33,452 nt of DNA from a virus (taxonomy: Duplodnaviria > Caudoviricetes), in the IMG/VR virus record IMGVR_UViG_3300033067_000856, positions 1-33,452 of that record. One strand, 5' to 3'. The position numbers were made by a program, and so were the translations under genes. Positions 24,276-33,452 of this stretch are shown here, one piece after another. Below the pieces are notes generated by a model. It searched no databases. It had not been told where the DNA came from and worked only from the letters and a program-made list of their open reading frames with translations. Position 1 is the first letter of the stretch. Each line of letters opens with the position of its first letter.

Positions 24276-24640
24276 TCTACGCCGGCGAGCTAAAACACCG
24301 CATCCTGATCGAGCAAGAGCAGCGCACAAGCGATGGCATGGGCGGCGATCTGACCACATGGCAGCCTTTGGGCGTGTGTTGGGCTAAAATGCAGACAAGC
24401 ACGCTCAAAGATCGGCTGTATCATGGCGAGCTACAGCATACGCAGATGTTTTATTTTACGATCCGCCAAAAGCAGATGTTTTGTATCAATCCGCAAGAAT
24501 CAGCCACATTGCGCGTGGCCTATCGTGGCGATCTGTACCGCGTTGTCAATTTTGAGCCTGTCGTGAGTAAAGACGGCCAAGAGTATCAAGACTATTACAA
24601 GCTAGTGTGCGAGCGATACGGAGGGACGGCCAGTGCTTAA
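24272..24640 (+). CDS. Head closure / head-tail joining protein (SPP1 gp16-like)
   Basis: AGELKHRI...DGMGG...W...WA. Confidence 0.88.
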   Translation: MIYAGELKHRILIEQEQRTSDGMGGDLTTWQPLGVCWAKMQTSTLKDRLYHGELQHTQMFYFTIRQKQMFCINPQESATLRVAYRGDLYRVVNFEPVVSKDGQEYQDYYKLVCERYGGTASA

Positions 24641-25103
24641 ACTAGGGCGCGACTTTGTATTGCTGATTGATGGTGGCGCAGGCTATGCGCGTGTCGAAGC
24701 CCAACGCTCGACATCCGTATCAATCACTAGCGACGTGGTGGATAGCACGACTAAAAGCGAAGATTGGCGCGAGATCCTGCGCAATGCTGGCATAAATGCC
24801 GCTCAGATTAGCGTGTCTGGTGTGTCTGTCGATGCGCCAGCCCTGCAATTGATCACCGCCAAAAAGATGCAACGCCAGCACATCCAATGCCGCATTGATG
24901 ACAGTGTTGGCGAGTTTTTGGCAGGGATGTTTAAAGTCGTGAGCGTCGCGTTTAGCGGCGAGTTTAACGGCGAAGAAACTTATGACATCGTGCTGCAAAG
25001 CACGGGGCTTTTTAGCTATCCAACCACAGGCGATGCTTGGCAGTGGGATAGTGGGGCTTTTGTGCAGTGGGATAGCGGAGCTTTGGTGGAGTTGGCGGCA
25101 TGA
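24633..25103 (+). CDS. Tail tube-like protein, paralogue 1, with C-terminal extension
   Basis: GRDFVL, RSTS, VDSTTK, WREIL..AG, GEFNGEETY...L.S; aligns with 27398-27820; extra QWDSGA x2 tail. Confidence 0.75.
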   Translation: MLKLGRDFVLLIDGGAGYARVEAQRSTSVSITSDVVDSTTKSEDWREILRNAGINAAQISVSGVSVDAPALQLITAKKMQRQHIQCRIDDSVGEFLAGMFKVVSVAFSGEFNGEETYDIVLQSTGLFSYPTTGDAWQWDSGAFVQWDSGALVELAA

Positions 25104-25588
25104 CCAGAATCAATGATGCGAATCTTGTCGCGACTGTCAACGATGGCATTAAAATGCCGACCGGCGAGTCTGGCGACCGCGCTATTAGCGTCGGGCAAGT
25201 CAAAAACCACGTCAAAGCAAAAGACATCCAAAGCTTTGAGATCACAACAGCGTCGCTTGCTGATGATGCTACCGAAGTCGGCAGCATTGCGGTGAGTGCA
25301 ATCTATACGCTGCTGGTTATCACTACGTCTACGCCTTTGCGCGTGCGCCTGTATACGACTGCAGCAGCGCGTGATGCTGACCTAGCGCGACCATCGACGC
25401 AGGAGCAAAGCGAGGGCAGTAGTCTTGTGCTGGAGTTTGTGAGCGATGCGACTCTGCTGTCTGCTGTACTGACACCGGCTGTCACCAACTATGCTGCGGA
25501 TGGCCTGCTATACTACAGCGTGACAAACATTAGCGGATCAACGCAAACGCTGTCATGCTCAATTGATTATGCGGTTTTAGGGGTCTGA
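25100..25588 (+). CDS. Putative virion appendage protein
   Basis: 162 aa, beta-rich, coupled within the neck operon. Confidence 0.5.
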   Translation: MTRINDANLVATVNDGIKMPTGESGDRAISVGQVKNHVKAKDIQSFEITTASLADDATEVGSIAVSAIYTLLVITTSTPLRVRLYTTAAARDADLARPSTQEQSEGSSLVLEFVSDATLLSAVLTPAVTNYAADGLLYYSVTNISGSTQTLSCSIDYAVLGV

Positions 25589-25589
25589 T

Positions 25590-26465
25590 ATGGCTAGTTT
25601 GATTTTTGGTGCAAGACTCAGTAATGCCGACACCGCGTTATTTCGAGCATGGGGGTCTGCTGTGTCAACGGCACTTGGTCAAATACTCACCCGTGTCACT
25701 CAGACTGGTGAAATCAATTGGGCAACAGTTAATGCCCCTGCTAGTGCAAACACGTTTCAAGGTTTTGAGGTTTACCGACTTAACGACAGTCTACAAGCTA
25801 CTGCACCGTTGTTTTTCAAATTTGAGTACGGCAGCACTTCAACATCTGCCACAATCCCTGCGATCAGATTGACTATCGGCAAGGGTGTTGACGGCGCTGG
25901 ATCTATCACTAATGTCTTGCAATCTGCTGTAAACGTGTTTGCAGGCAATGCGGCAGCGGCTGTGGCATCAAACTGCTATATCAGCAACGGCGACGGATCT
26001 GGTTTTGTGTTTAGCTTGCAGCCCGATCTGTCAACAATTGCAGGCGGGATTTGCTGTGTTGAGCGCAGTCGAAACAGTGCTGGACAGCCTACAGCTAACG
26101 CGCTTTTGCTAGCATACGAGCTTTACAACTCAGTCACGCACAATAACCGCTTTATCGCATACAACCTTGAGACAACACTTGCAGCAGACAACACCGGCTT
26201 GTTTGCTTGTCCGCTCGCTCTGTCTACTGACATTGGTGTAACCAACGGGACAGTGGCGCAGTTTTTCCCTGTCGCCTGCATTGCTCCGAACGGTGCTACA
26301 TGGCGCAGTCGGATGTTGCTTGGAGCAGCGCGTCAAAACGCTTCGTTAGGCCAGCCTGCTGAGTCAATCCTCTACGGTGAAAACTACATCGGACTTGGTT
26401 CAGGCGTACAACGCGCAGACCAGAGGTCTGGTGCATTTGCAACTTACATGATTTGGTGGGACTGA
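25590..26465 (+). CDS. Putative virion appendage / receptor-binding protein
   Basis: 291 aa, A/S/T/G-rich, in the structural operon. Confidence 0.5.
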   Translation: MASLIFGARLSNADTALFRAWGSAVSTALGQILTRVTQTGEINWATVNAPASANTFQGFEVYRLNDSLQATAPLFFKFEYGSTSTSATIPAIRLTIGKGVDGAGSITNVLQSAVNVFAGNAAAAVASNCYISNGDGSGFVFSLQPDLSTIAGGICCVERSRNSAGQPTANALLLAYELYNSVTHNNRFIAYNLETTLAADNTGLFACPLALSTDIGVTNGTVAQFFPVACIAPNGATWRSRMLLGAARQNASLGQPAESILYGENYIGLGSGVQRADQRSGAFATYMIWWD

Positions 26466-26578
26466 TGTATTTCGATCTATACGACATCGACACAACCGCC
26501 TTTCGGTATATTTGGGCGAGCATTGATGATTTGACCACGACGACACGCCCTTTGTTTGGGCAACTTTGGCCGAGGTAA
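26465..26578 (+). CDS. 37-aa peptide (absent from ORF track)
   Basis: MYFDLYDIDTTAFRYIWASIDDLTTTTRPLFGQLWPR*; TGATG overlap, stop 2 nt before next ATG. Confidence 0.55.
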   Translation: MYFDLYDIDTTAFRYIWASIDDLTTTTRPLFGQLWPR

Positions 26579-26580
26579 CT

Positions 26581-27006
26581 ATGTCACTGCCAGACCTAAA
26601 AGCATTGGTACACAAGCGCGTCGCTGCATCTTTACTAATCGCTGGCGAGGTCGTGGCAACCGAAGCACGTCGGTCAGTGCAAAATAGTCCTCGCGGTGGC
26701 CGGACGTATGAAAAGTATGATCCGCGCCGAACTCACAAAGCGTCTGCGGCAGGCGAAGCACCGGCGACTGATTTGGGCTTTCTGGCGCGATCAATCACGA
26801 CCGAAGTAGACGAGCAAAGCCTAACCGTTTATGTGCTATCAGCGCACGCTATCGCGCCATACGCTAAGGTTTTGGAATACGGCAGCATGTCAGGCAATAT
26901 TCAGCCGCGCCCATTCCTGCGCCCTGCATTGCAGGCCAAGCGCAAGGCGGTGACAAGCATCGTGCAGCAGGCAATGCGCAAGGCTCTAAAGGAGTATGGG
27001 CAATGA
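26581..27006 (+). CDS. HK97 gp10-family neck/tail completion protein
   Basis: HKASAAGEAPATDLGFLARSI, YAKVLEYGS, PRPFLRPA. Confidence 0.88.
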   Translation: MSLPDLKALVHKRVAASLLIAGEVVATEARRSVQNSPRGGRTYEKYDPRRTHKASAAGEAPATDLGFLARSITTEVDEQSLTVYVLSAHAIAPYAKVLEYGSMSGNIQPRPFLRPALQAKRKAVTSIVQQAMRKALKEYGQ

Positions 27007-27395
27007 CAGCACTGTTTACCGACTACGCTGCTGCGGTTTATAGCGCACTAAACGCTGTGCCTGCGCTGGCCGGTAAAGTATTTGAGTTTGTGCCAAACGA
27101 TGCGGCATTTCCGAAAATTTATATTGAGGATGGCGGCACACAAGACTGGTCAACAATGACCGATAACGGCCTTGAAGCCGAGATCGCCTTGCATGTTGGT
27201 AGTCGCTACAACGGCACAAAAGAGATTCGTGAGTTTTTTAACGTCATTCATGACACGCTACACAATGCCGAATTATCAACATCTGATGTTGATTCGGTTT
27301 TGTGCCAGTTTGTCAGGTCTGATATGGTACTAGATACCGATGGCAAAACCCGTCACGGCATCATTCGTTTTCGCCTGTTAATCAGTGAGGTTTAA
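27003..27395 (+). CDS. Tail terminator (DUF3168 family)
   Basis: AVYSAL...VFEFVP...FP.I...DWST...HGIIRFR. Confidence 0.85.
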   Translation: MTALFTDYAAAVYSALNAVPALAGKVFEFVPNDAAFPKIYIEDGGTQDWSTMTDNGLEAEIALHVGSRYNGTKEIREFFNVIHDTLHNAELSTSDVDSVLCQFVRSDMVLDTDGKTRHGIIRFRLLISEV

Positions 27396-27397
27396 TC

Positions 27398-27820
27398 ATG
27401 GCAAAGTCAAAAGGCAAATTGTTGCTGATTCAGGCGCAGGGCGTTGATCCGCTTGCGCCTAACGCGTACACCACTATCAGTGCGCTGCGTAGCACGTCGT
27501 TTACGATCAACGAAGAAACCGTTGATGTGACCGATAAAGATGGTGACGGCTGGCGCGAATTGCTCGAAGGCGCAGGCATCTCGAGTATGAGCGTAAGCGG
27601 CTCTGGCATTGCAGACAATGGCGATACTCAGGCATTTATGCTTGATGCAATCCTGAACAAAACACATGTCGGCTTGAAGATCATCCGTGAAGCAGGCGAT
27701 GCGTTCACCGGCACTTTTCAGCTCGCTTCGATGGCGTTTTCCGGCGAATACAACGCCGAAGAAACCTTTGATCTTACTCTTGAGTCTGCCGGTACTGTCA
27801 CCTACACGCCATCGGCATAA
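27398..27820 (+). CDS. Major tail tube protein (TP901-1/GTA-like family)
   Basis: KGKLLL, LRSTS, ETVDVTDKD, WRELLEGAG, GEYNAEETFDLTLESAG. Confidence 0.92.
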   Translation: MAKSKGKLLLIQAQGVDPLAPNAYTTISALRSTSFTINEETVDVTDKDGDGWRELLEGAGISSMSVSGSGIADNGDTQAFMLDAILNKTHVGLKIIREAGDAFTGTFQLASMAFSGEYNAEETFDLTLESAGTVTYTPSA

Positions 27821-27829
27821 GGAACTGAT

Positions 27830-28192
27830 ATGAGCGACCGTCAAGTACAAATGATCACGCTGCGCGGTGAACAACTGCGCATCGTGCCGAGCTTTGCGGT
27901 ACTCGAAAAAATCGAGATCGCTACAGGCAAGGGTGTTTTGCAGTTGCTGCAAGAGCTTGGCCGCAATCAGTACAAACTCAGCGACATCGCATCCATTGTG
28001 TATGTCGCTGCGCAGCCTTTAGGCGACCGTCTGCCGGCATGGTGGAATCGTCAAGAAGTCGGGCAGCAGATCGTAGACGATGGCATGCAAGACGCGATTC
28101 TTGCCGTCATCTCTGCGCTCACCGATGCAGTCACCGCCAAGTCATCTATCCGCTTGCCGAAGCAGTTGGGTGACGATAACCCAAAGTCCTAA
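27830..28192 (+). CDS. Tail assembly chaperone (GTA gp10-like)
   Basis: Between tube and tape measure; PSFAVLEKIE..TG motif; ends in a slippery site. Confidence 0.8.
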   Translation: MSDRQVQMITLRGEQLRIVPSFAVLEKIEIATGKGVLQLLQELGRNQYKLSDIASIVYVAAQPLGDRLPAWWNRQEVGQQIVDDGMQDAILAVISALTDAVTAKSSIRLPKQLGDDNPKS

Positions 28193-28401
28193 GCGGTGAC
28201 GTTTGGTCGGCTCTAATATCTAGTGCGATCCTAGATTTAGAGCTTGCACCGAGCGAAGCCAAACAACTCACGCCCAAGCAATTTTGGGCGGTTTGGGATA
28301 CCAAGTATGAGCGCGTCATGCGTGAAACTGGGCGCGTATTGCCTGCAACACGCGAAGATCTGGACGAACTAAAAGCGAGATTCCCCGATGGCAACGCCTA
28401 G
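28180..28401 (+). CDS. -1 frameshift extension of tail assembly chaperone (gpGT-like)
   Basis: Heptamer C CCA AAG at 28180-28186; -1 frame open to TAG 28399-28401, encoding LAPSEAKQLTPKQFW...REDLDELKARFPD. Confidence 0.8.
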   Translation, partial: PKVLSGDVWSALISSAILDLELAPSEAKQLTPKQFWAVWDTKYERVMRETGRVLPATREDLDELKARFPDGNA

Positions 28402-30799
28402 CCAAGATGATTTGGTCATCACGATCCACGCCAAAATCGACGAACTCAACCGCTCGCTTGATACGGCACAGCGTCGGCTAGATGAATTTGAGCGGCAAAA
28501 TCAAAATGCCGGTCAGGGCATGGCTGATAGCATTGCGCGAGCGCGTGAACAAATCAACAAAAGCATGGAAGCCATTGCGGTGTCGATGGGGGTAGCGACC
28601 GCAGCCGCTACACTGCTGACGAACTCAGCAGCTAATACCGCAATGGAGATTCAGCGATTTGCCGCTATCTCTAACATGTCAGCTCAAGAGTTTCAGTTTT
28701 ATGCGGCTGGCGCGAGTGCTGTTGGGGTCAACATCGAACAACTTGGCAGCATATTCAAGGACGTACAAGACAAGGTCGGTGACTTTATCAAGACGGAAGG
28801 CGGCGAGCTAGAGGAGTTTTTTACCGACATCGCGCCGAAAGTAGGTGTGACAGCCGAGCAATTCCGCAAGCTTGGCAGTGCGGATGCGTTGCTGCTTTAC
28901 GTTGACAGTCTGCAAAAGGCCGGCGCGTCACAAGCTGAGATGATCAACTACATGGAGTCAATTGCCGATGATGCGTCGGTGCTGATTCCATTGCTAAAAG
29001 ATGGTGGCAAAGGCTTTGAGTTGTTCGGGCAGGCAGCCGCCAAAGCTGGCGCGTTAATGTCCGACGAGTTTTTAGACAAAGCGGCAGAGATGAAAACGTC
29101 TATGTGGCTGCTTGAGCAGTCACTAAAAGGCGCACGCAATCAAATGTCTGAGGAGATGTTGCCTGTATTGCGCGACTTGGCCGCACAGTTCACTGATGTG
29201 AGTGACGGACAGAGTGCGGCCAGCAAGACAGGGGTGATTTTCAGCAACATCCTGCGCGGTTTGACGGCCACAGCAGTTGGTGCGGTGGCTGCATTTGACA
29301 TCTTTGGATCTGCACTTGGGGCGATTGGTGCTGCTGGTGCGAAGATGTGGGAAGGGTTTGATATTGCAAACCATCCCATCGTCAACATGAAAATCCAAAT
29401 CGCCAATGCCAAGCAAGCTAAAAAGGTGCTTGAAGAAGCGTTTACTGACGCAGGCATTGCGAAAAAGATCGAAAGCTACTCAGACACGATCAACAGTGTA
29501 TTGCAAGCAGGCAACAACGCCACAAGCGAGCAGCTTAAAGACTTGGCTGCGGTGCTTGATGAAGCCAACAAGATCGACGGCGGTGGCAAAACCGGTGCAT
29601 TGGGCAAAAAGGCAGCCGAAGAAGCCAAAAAGAAAGCGGATGCAGCAGCCAAAGAGCTTGCAGACGCTAAGAAGAATGCAGCCGAATTGCTCGAAACCTA
29701 CAAGCAGGCCGCGATGGACGAGGAGGGGCTTAGATCCTACACGATTCAGCGACAAAAGGCCGATCTAGATAGTAAACGAAAAGCCGATTTGATTAGCGAA
29801 GATGAGTATCGGCAAGCCAAGATAGACTTAGACGAAGCATTTGATAAAGAATCCACCGCCCGAACCAAAGCCGCCCTTGCTGAAATCCTGTCAGAAACTA
29901 GGACTGTCAATGATCAGATTGAGCAGGACTACAAGGATCGCAATAAAAAGATCGCCGAGCTAAACAATCTTGGCCGAATCCCGAAAGACACAAGCACTGA
30001 AAAGCTGCTGGAGCAATCCAAGCAAATACGCGACCAGCAACTGGCGGAGCAGTGGAAGATCCAAGCCGATGCTGATGCAGCAGAGATGGAGCAGCGCCTT
30101 GCCAAATACGAAGCATTGGCGGAGATGGCGCGTACGGCAGGCATGACCGAAATTGAAATCATGACTGTCGAGCATGAAGCAAAAATGGCAATGCTTGCCG
30201 AGCTTAATGAGCAAGAGTTGGCAATGCTTGGCCTGCACCAAGAGAACATCTTGGCAATGGAGCAAGATTTTGCTGCGCGTCGATTAGATCAGATGCTTGG
30301 CAGTGGGCAGGCAATGCAGAACCTGACAGATGCGTTTCAAAAGTCGCAATTGCAGGGCGCGTTACAGTTTTTTGCATCCGACTTTGGTGGATTTAGTCAA
30401 CACAGCCGCAAAATGTTTGAAGCTATGAAGGCGGCCAAGATTGCGCAGGCATTGCTATCTGTGCCATCGACAACCATTGCAGCGTATGAAGCCGGTGTGA
30501 AAGTTGGGGGCGTGCCGCTTGGTGTCGCATATGCGGCGGCTGCATTAACACAACAACTTGGACAATTGCGCCAATTGCAATCCATGACTTACGGCGGAAA
30601 ATCCGGCGGCAGCAGTGGTGGTGGCAGCGTAGGCGGTGGATCAGGTGGTGGCGGACAGTCCCAGCCGGTTACAGAGCGTTTTGTTAATATCAATTTAATG
30701 GGCAATGATGATACGATGTTTAGCAAAGCGGCGGTGCGCTCGCTGATCGAGCGGATCAATGAGGAGACCAAGGATGGCGCAGTGTTGAGGGTGACGTAA
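28388..30799 (+). CDS. Tape measure protein
   Basis: 803 aa, helical A/E/K/Q-rich, DLVITIHA start, G-rich linker near the C-terminus. Confidence 0.93.
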   Translation: MATPSQDDLVITIHAKIDELNRSLDTAQRRLDEFERQNQNAGQGMADSIARAREQINKSMEAIAVSMGVATAAATLLTNSAANTAMEIQRFAAISNMSAQEFQFYAAGASAVGVNIEQLGSIFKDVQDKVGDFIKTEGGELEEFFTDIAPKVGVTAEQFRKLGSADALLLYVDSLQKAGASQAEMINYMESIADDASVLIPLLKDGGKGFELFGQAAAKAGALMSDEFLDKAAEMKTSMWLLEQSLKGARNQMSEEMLPVLRDLAAQFTDVSDGQSAASKTGVIFSNILRGLTATAVGAVAAFDIFGSALGAIGAAGAKMWEGFDIANHPIVNMKIQIANAKQAKKVLEEAFTDAGIAKKIESYSDTINSVLQAGNNATSEQLKDLAAVLDEANKIDGGGKTGALGKKAAEEAKKKADAAAKELADAKKNAAELLETYKQAAMDEEGLRSYTIQRQKADLDSKRKADLISEDEYRQAKIDLDEAFDKESTARTKAALAEILSETRTVNDQIEQDYKDRNKKIAELNNLGRIPKDTSTEKLLEQSKQIRDQQLAEQWKIQADADAAEMEQRLAKYEALAEMARTAGMTEIEIMTVEHEAKMAMLAELNEQELAMLGLHQENILAMEQDFAARRLDQMLGSGQAMQNLTDAFQKSQLQGALQFFASDFGGFSQHSRKMFEAMKAAKIAQALLSVPSTTIAAYEAGVKVGGVPLGVAYAAAALTQQLGQLRQLQSMTYGGKSGGSSGGGSVGGGSGGGGQSQPVTERFVNINLMGNDDTMFSKAAVRSLIERINEETKDGAVLRVT

Positions 30800-31038
30800 T
30801 GGCTTTTTTTGATATAGCAAATGGGTGTGTGCTTGCTGCAAACAGCACGCTATTGACTGCTAATGCGTTAAATCAAAACGTGAAATTCAACAACAATCTT
30901 GCGTGTGATCATCAGTTAAGACGAGAGCCTGTGAGATTGGTGATTGATGATGTTGATTGTATTGCTGGCGCGTCTATTGTTGACTCAGTAGGCTGTACTT
31001 TGGATGACGGCTGCATGTTGCGGCAGACGGTGATTTAA
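30799..31038 (+). CDS. Small hypothetical protein
   Basis: 79 aa with TAATG overlaps on both sides. Confidence 0.55.
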   Translation: MAFFDIANGCVLAANSTLLTANALNQNVKFNNNLACDHQLRREPVRLVIDDVDCIAGASIVDSVGCTLDDGCMLRQTVI

Positions 31039-31901
31039 TGGCTTTCGATTATGCGTTTATCGGCTATGACAACCACGCCACAGCACTGGCGACCGCCATC
31101 ACTGGCACTGGTATTAGCACAGGATTTAGCGCGGCCAGCGCAGGCAATTGGCAAGCCTTTGACTTTGTGCAGTTTGACGCTGGTGCTTGTGCGCTGGTGT
31201 TTGACTTTGGTTCGTCGAAAGCCATTGATTATGTAGCGATTGCAGGCCATACGCTATTCACTACAAACGCCGATGATATTGTGGTTGAAGTCGATGATCT
31301 ATCAGACTTTTCGACCGCGACTGAGCTAGTTAATCTGACACTAGACACAGCAGGCGATCCGCCAATCTATAGCGGATCATATCGGTTTGACACGTCAACC
31401 TCCATTGCAGCCACGACCATTCTAGACGATCCAATTGTTTGCTTTGCGCTTGATGCGATCAGCAAGCGATACATGCGCATCTCATTCACGGCTGCTGAAA
31501 CCTGCAAGATCGGCGTGGTAGCGGTCGGCCAGCGCATGACGTTTGAGCGTGGATTCTTCGGTGGATTTATGCCGCCAGCATGGAATGAAGAGGTGGATGC
31601 GACGAATAACAAGTCGGAATCAGGCATATATCTAGGCCGCTCAATTGTGCGGTCTGGCTTAAAGCCTTTTGATATCGAATTGTCACCGGTGACTGCTGAT
31701 TGGATTAACACAACATGGCAACCATTTAGACGACATGCCGACCTGCTGCCGTTTATCTTCAAGTGGGGCTTAGATCCGCTATCCGATAACGTCTTAGCAC
31801 TGCAAAAGGCGTGGAAAGCATCGGAATTACGCAATCGCGTGGCAGTTAATGGTAAAGTATGGGCATCGGTCGGGATCAGTTGTGAGGGCGTAAATAAATG
31901 A
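31038..31901 (+). CDS. Distal tail protein candidate
   Basis: Follows TMP; DYVAIAGH, SESGIYLGRS, PFIFKW motifs seen in siphophage tail-tip genes. Confidence 0.7.
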   Translation: MAFDYAFIGYDNHATALATAITGTGISTGFSAASAGNWQAFDFVQFDAGACALVFDFGSSKAIDYVAIAGHTLFTTNADDIVVEVDDLSDFSTATELVNLTLDTAGDPPIYSGSYRFDTSTSIAATTILDDPIVCFALDAISKRYMRISFTAAETCKIGVVAVGQRMTFERGFFGGFMPPAWNEEVDATNNKSESGIYLGRSIVRSGLKPFDIELSPVTADWINTTWQPFRRHADLLPFIFKWGLDPLSDNVLALQKAWKASELRNRVAVNGKVWASVGISCEGVNK

Positions 31902-33259
31902 CGATTACAGTCAACGGCGTAGCAGTACCTGCGCAGAGCAAAAACCTAGACACGACTACAGTCACAACAGGCTTTGGCTTGGTGCATCGTCAGATTATTG
32001 GCATCGCCGATCCTGAGAACCCAAGCCAATACGCTCGCTTGACTGGCACAAGCCTAAACGTCAACGTCACAAACGCATCGCTTGCAGTCACAGCAGCCGC
32101 TTTGCCATTGCCATCTGGTGCGGCAACTGAAGCAACTTTGCAAGGCGTGCTAGACGCAGTTGGCGGAATTATCATCACCAATTCGTCATCTACGGCAACC
32201 TTGGCTAGTGGGGCGACATTTACTGGTACGGCGACTGATGTTAGCAGTTTTGGTAGTATAACCGTAGCTGTGCTGACTGATCAAAACGGCACACTTTATA
32301 TTGAGCTTTCCCCAGACGGCACTAATTGGGACTCATCAGTACCTTATTCCGTGTCTGCTGGCGTAAACGAAGTGCATCGGCTAACCGTCACGCGCCAATA
32401 TATGCGCACGCGATTTACCAACACATCGGCATCCGCTCAGACTTATTTTAGATTGCAAAGCCTAGCTGGCGATCAGCCGATTTTAACAAGTCGGCTTGGT
32501 AGTATGATTCAAGAGGATGCAGACACCGTCATCACTCGACCGCTCGACTTCAACCTAATGGTTGCGAGCAATCTCTATCAAAATCGTTCGGTGCTTGTTA
32601 AAGACGGCCTTAACGACGCGATCAGCACGGCCACAACCCCAGAGGACATCACTAATGAAGGTGGGGTGTATGCTGGTTTTCCGACAGCCACTGGTGCTGC
32701 CGAAATCGTCGTTGCAGGGGCTGATACTGGGACAGTATATTACTACTACCTAGCATCTAACACGGATACAGCTTATGCGCTTGGCTCTAAAGCAATCACA
32801 GGTGCAGGAACATACTCGCTAGGCCATAACATTTGGCGCTGTAACTTCGCATGGTTTGAGAGTTCTAGCGCGACCGCATTTAACGCTGGTGCAATCACAA
32901 TCCGCCATACAGCTACGCCGACAAACGTGTTTTGCGTGATAAGCGCAGGATTCTCACAGACATTTTGTTCTGCGTATACAGTCCCCTACGGAAACTCAAT
33001 CTATCTCGATAGTGTACGCGGCAATATGCGCGGAAGCACGTCAGGATCGCTTGATGGCGTGTTTTGGTATCGTGAGTTCGGCAAATCGCCTCGCCTGCGC
33101 TTTCCGTTTGAATTGCAATTTGGCACGCTCTATTTTGATGATGCTGATTATCTTATCGTCATCCCTGAGCGCACAGATATAATTCCTCGCATCATTGCAG
33201 CATCGACTAACGGCATGTCTGCCAAGATCAGCTATCGACTTTTGCAAGTGCGGGCTTAA
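31898..33259 (+). CDS. Tail-associated structural protein
   Basis: 453 aa, T/S/A/G-rich, LPLPSGAATEATL linker, beta-rich domains. Confidence 0.6.
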   Translation: MTITVNGVAVPAQSKNLDTTTVTTGFGLVHRQIIGIADPENPSQYARLTGTSLNVNVTNASLAVTAAALPLPSGAATEATLQGVLDAVGGIIITNSSSTATLASGATFTGTATDVSSFGSITVAVLTDQNGTLYIELSPDGTNWDSSVPYSVSAGVNEVHRLTVTRQYMRTRFTNTSASAQTYFRLQSLAGDQPILTSRLGSMIQEDADTVITRPLDFNLMVASNLYQNRSVLVKDGLNDAISTATTPEDITNEGGVYAGFPTATGAAEIVVAGADTGTVYYYYLASNTDTAYALGSKAITGAGTYSLGHNIWRCNFAWFESSSATAFNAGAITIRHTATPTNVFCVISAGFSQTFCSAYTVPYGNSIYLDSVRGNMRGSTSGSLDGVFWYREFGKSPRLRFPFELQFGTLYFDDADYLIVIPERTDIIPRIIAASTNGMSAKISYRLLQVRA

Positions 33260-33261
33260 TC

Positions 33262-33452
33262 ATGCTAGCTACGCTGCTGACGCAATACAATCCCGATGGA
33301 TCAGTAGTACCTAGCAGTCAATACGCTGCATCTAGCGGCAGTTTTGGGCGGCAGCCGTTTGTATTTGTTGAGATTGACCTAGACTTTTGCGCCAACGTGT
33401 ATGGCAGTGCGCCATGCACAGCAAGCGTAGGCGTGACCGGTGAGCAAAAGTG
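33262..33452 (+). CDS. Tail tip/hub protein, N-terminal fragment (3' truncated)
   Basis: Open to window end: MLATLL...VEIDLDFCANVYGSAPCTASVGVTGEQK, a Cys pattern seen in siphophage tail-tip proteins. Confidence 0.65.
   Translation, partial: MLATLLTQYNPDGSVVPSSQYAASSGSFGRQPFVFVEIDLDFCANVYGSAPCTASVGVTGEQK

Noticed and set aside
27407-27952. 181-aa minus-strand ORF and many similar antisense ORFs in the track
   Set aside because: Shadow frames of well-supported genes with no motifs or RBS
30591-30655. GGC/GGT-rich low-complexity tract
   Set aside because: Encodes the Gly/Ser linker of the tape measure protein
1-33452. Looked for reverse transcriptase/DGR, tRNA, integrase/att site, transposase, intron or intein, and stop-codon recoding
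   Set aside because: No supporting motifs by eye; core genes are intact and of normal length under the standard code

Overview
Most of a tailed dsDNA phage genome (siphovirus-type, long non-contractile tail), apparently circularly permuted: the window starts in the 3' end of a distal tail gene and ends in the 5' end of a tail-tip gene. Order: lysis (two membrane proteins + GH108 endolysin, 599-1693); leftward early operon of small genes (1875-4656); divergent promoters, Cro-like and other HTH genes (4698-6273); a 2.4 kb control region (6305-8722) with several promoter-driven structured RNAs, a PAPS-reductase-family gene between 34-bp direct repeats and an antirepressor-like gene; replication/recombination (HNH, initiator with internal iterons, DnaB, AAA ATPase, SSB-like, NinB); a dTMP module (ThyX, dUTPase, dCMP deaminase); VRR-NUC; packaging, HK97-fold head and GTA-like tail genes, with two tail-tube paralogues and a -1 frameshifted tail chaperone. 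I see no integrase, CI-type repressor, DNA polymerase, tRNA or CRISPR array. The most striking signal is an apparent RNA-based control hub. A small RNA at about 6462-6620 (-) carries a 20-nt segment complementary to the looped 5' end of the attenuator-like antirepressor leader 2 kb away, and two other leaders carry loops complementary to duplicated sites at their own ribosome-binding regions, recalling the P1 C4 and P4 CI antisense systems. All folds and family calls were made by eye, without database searches.
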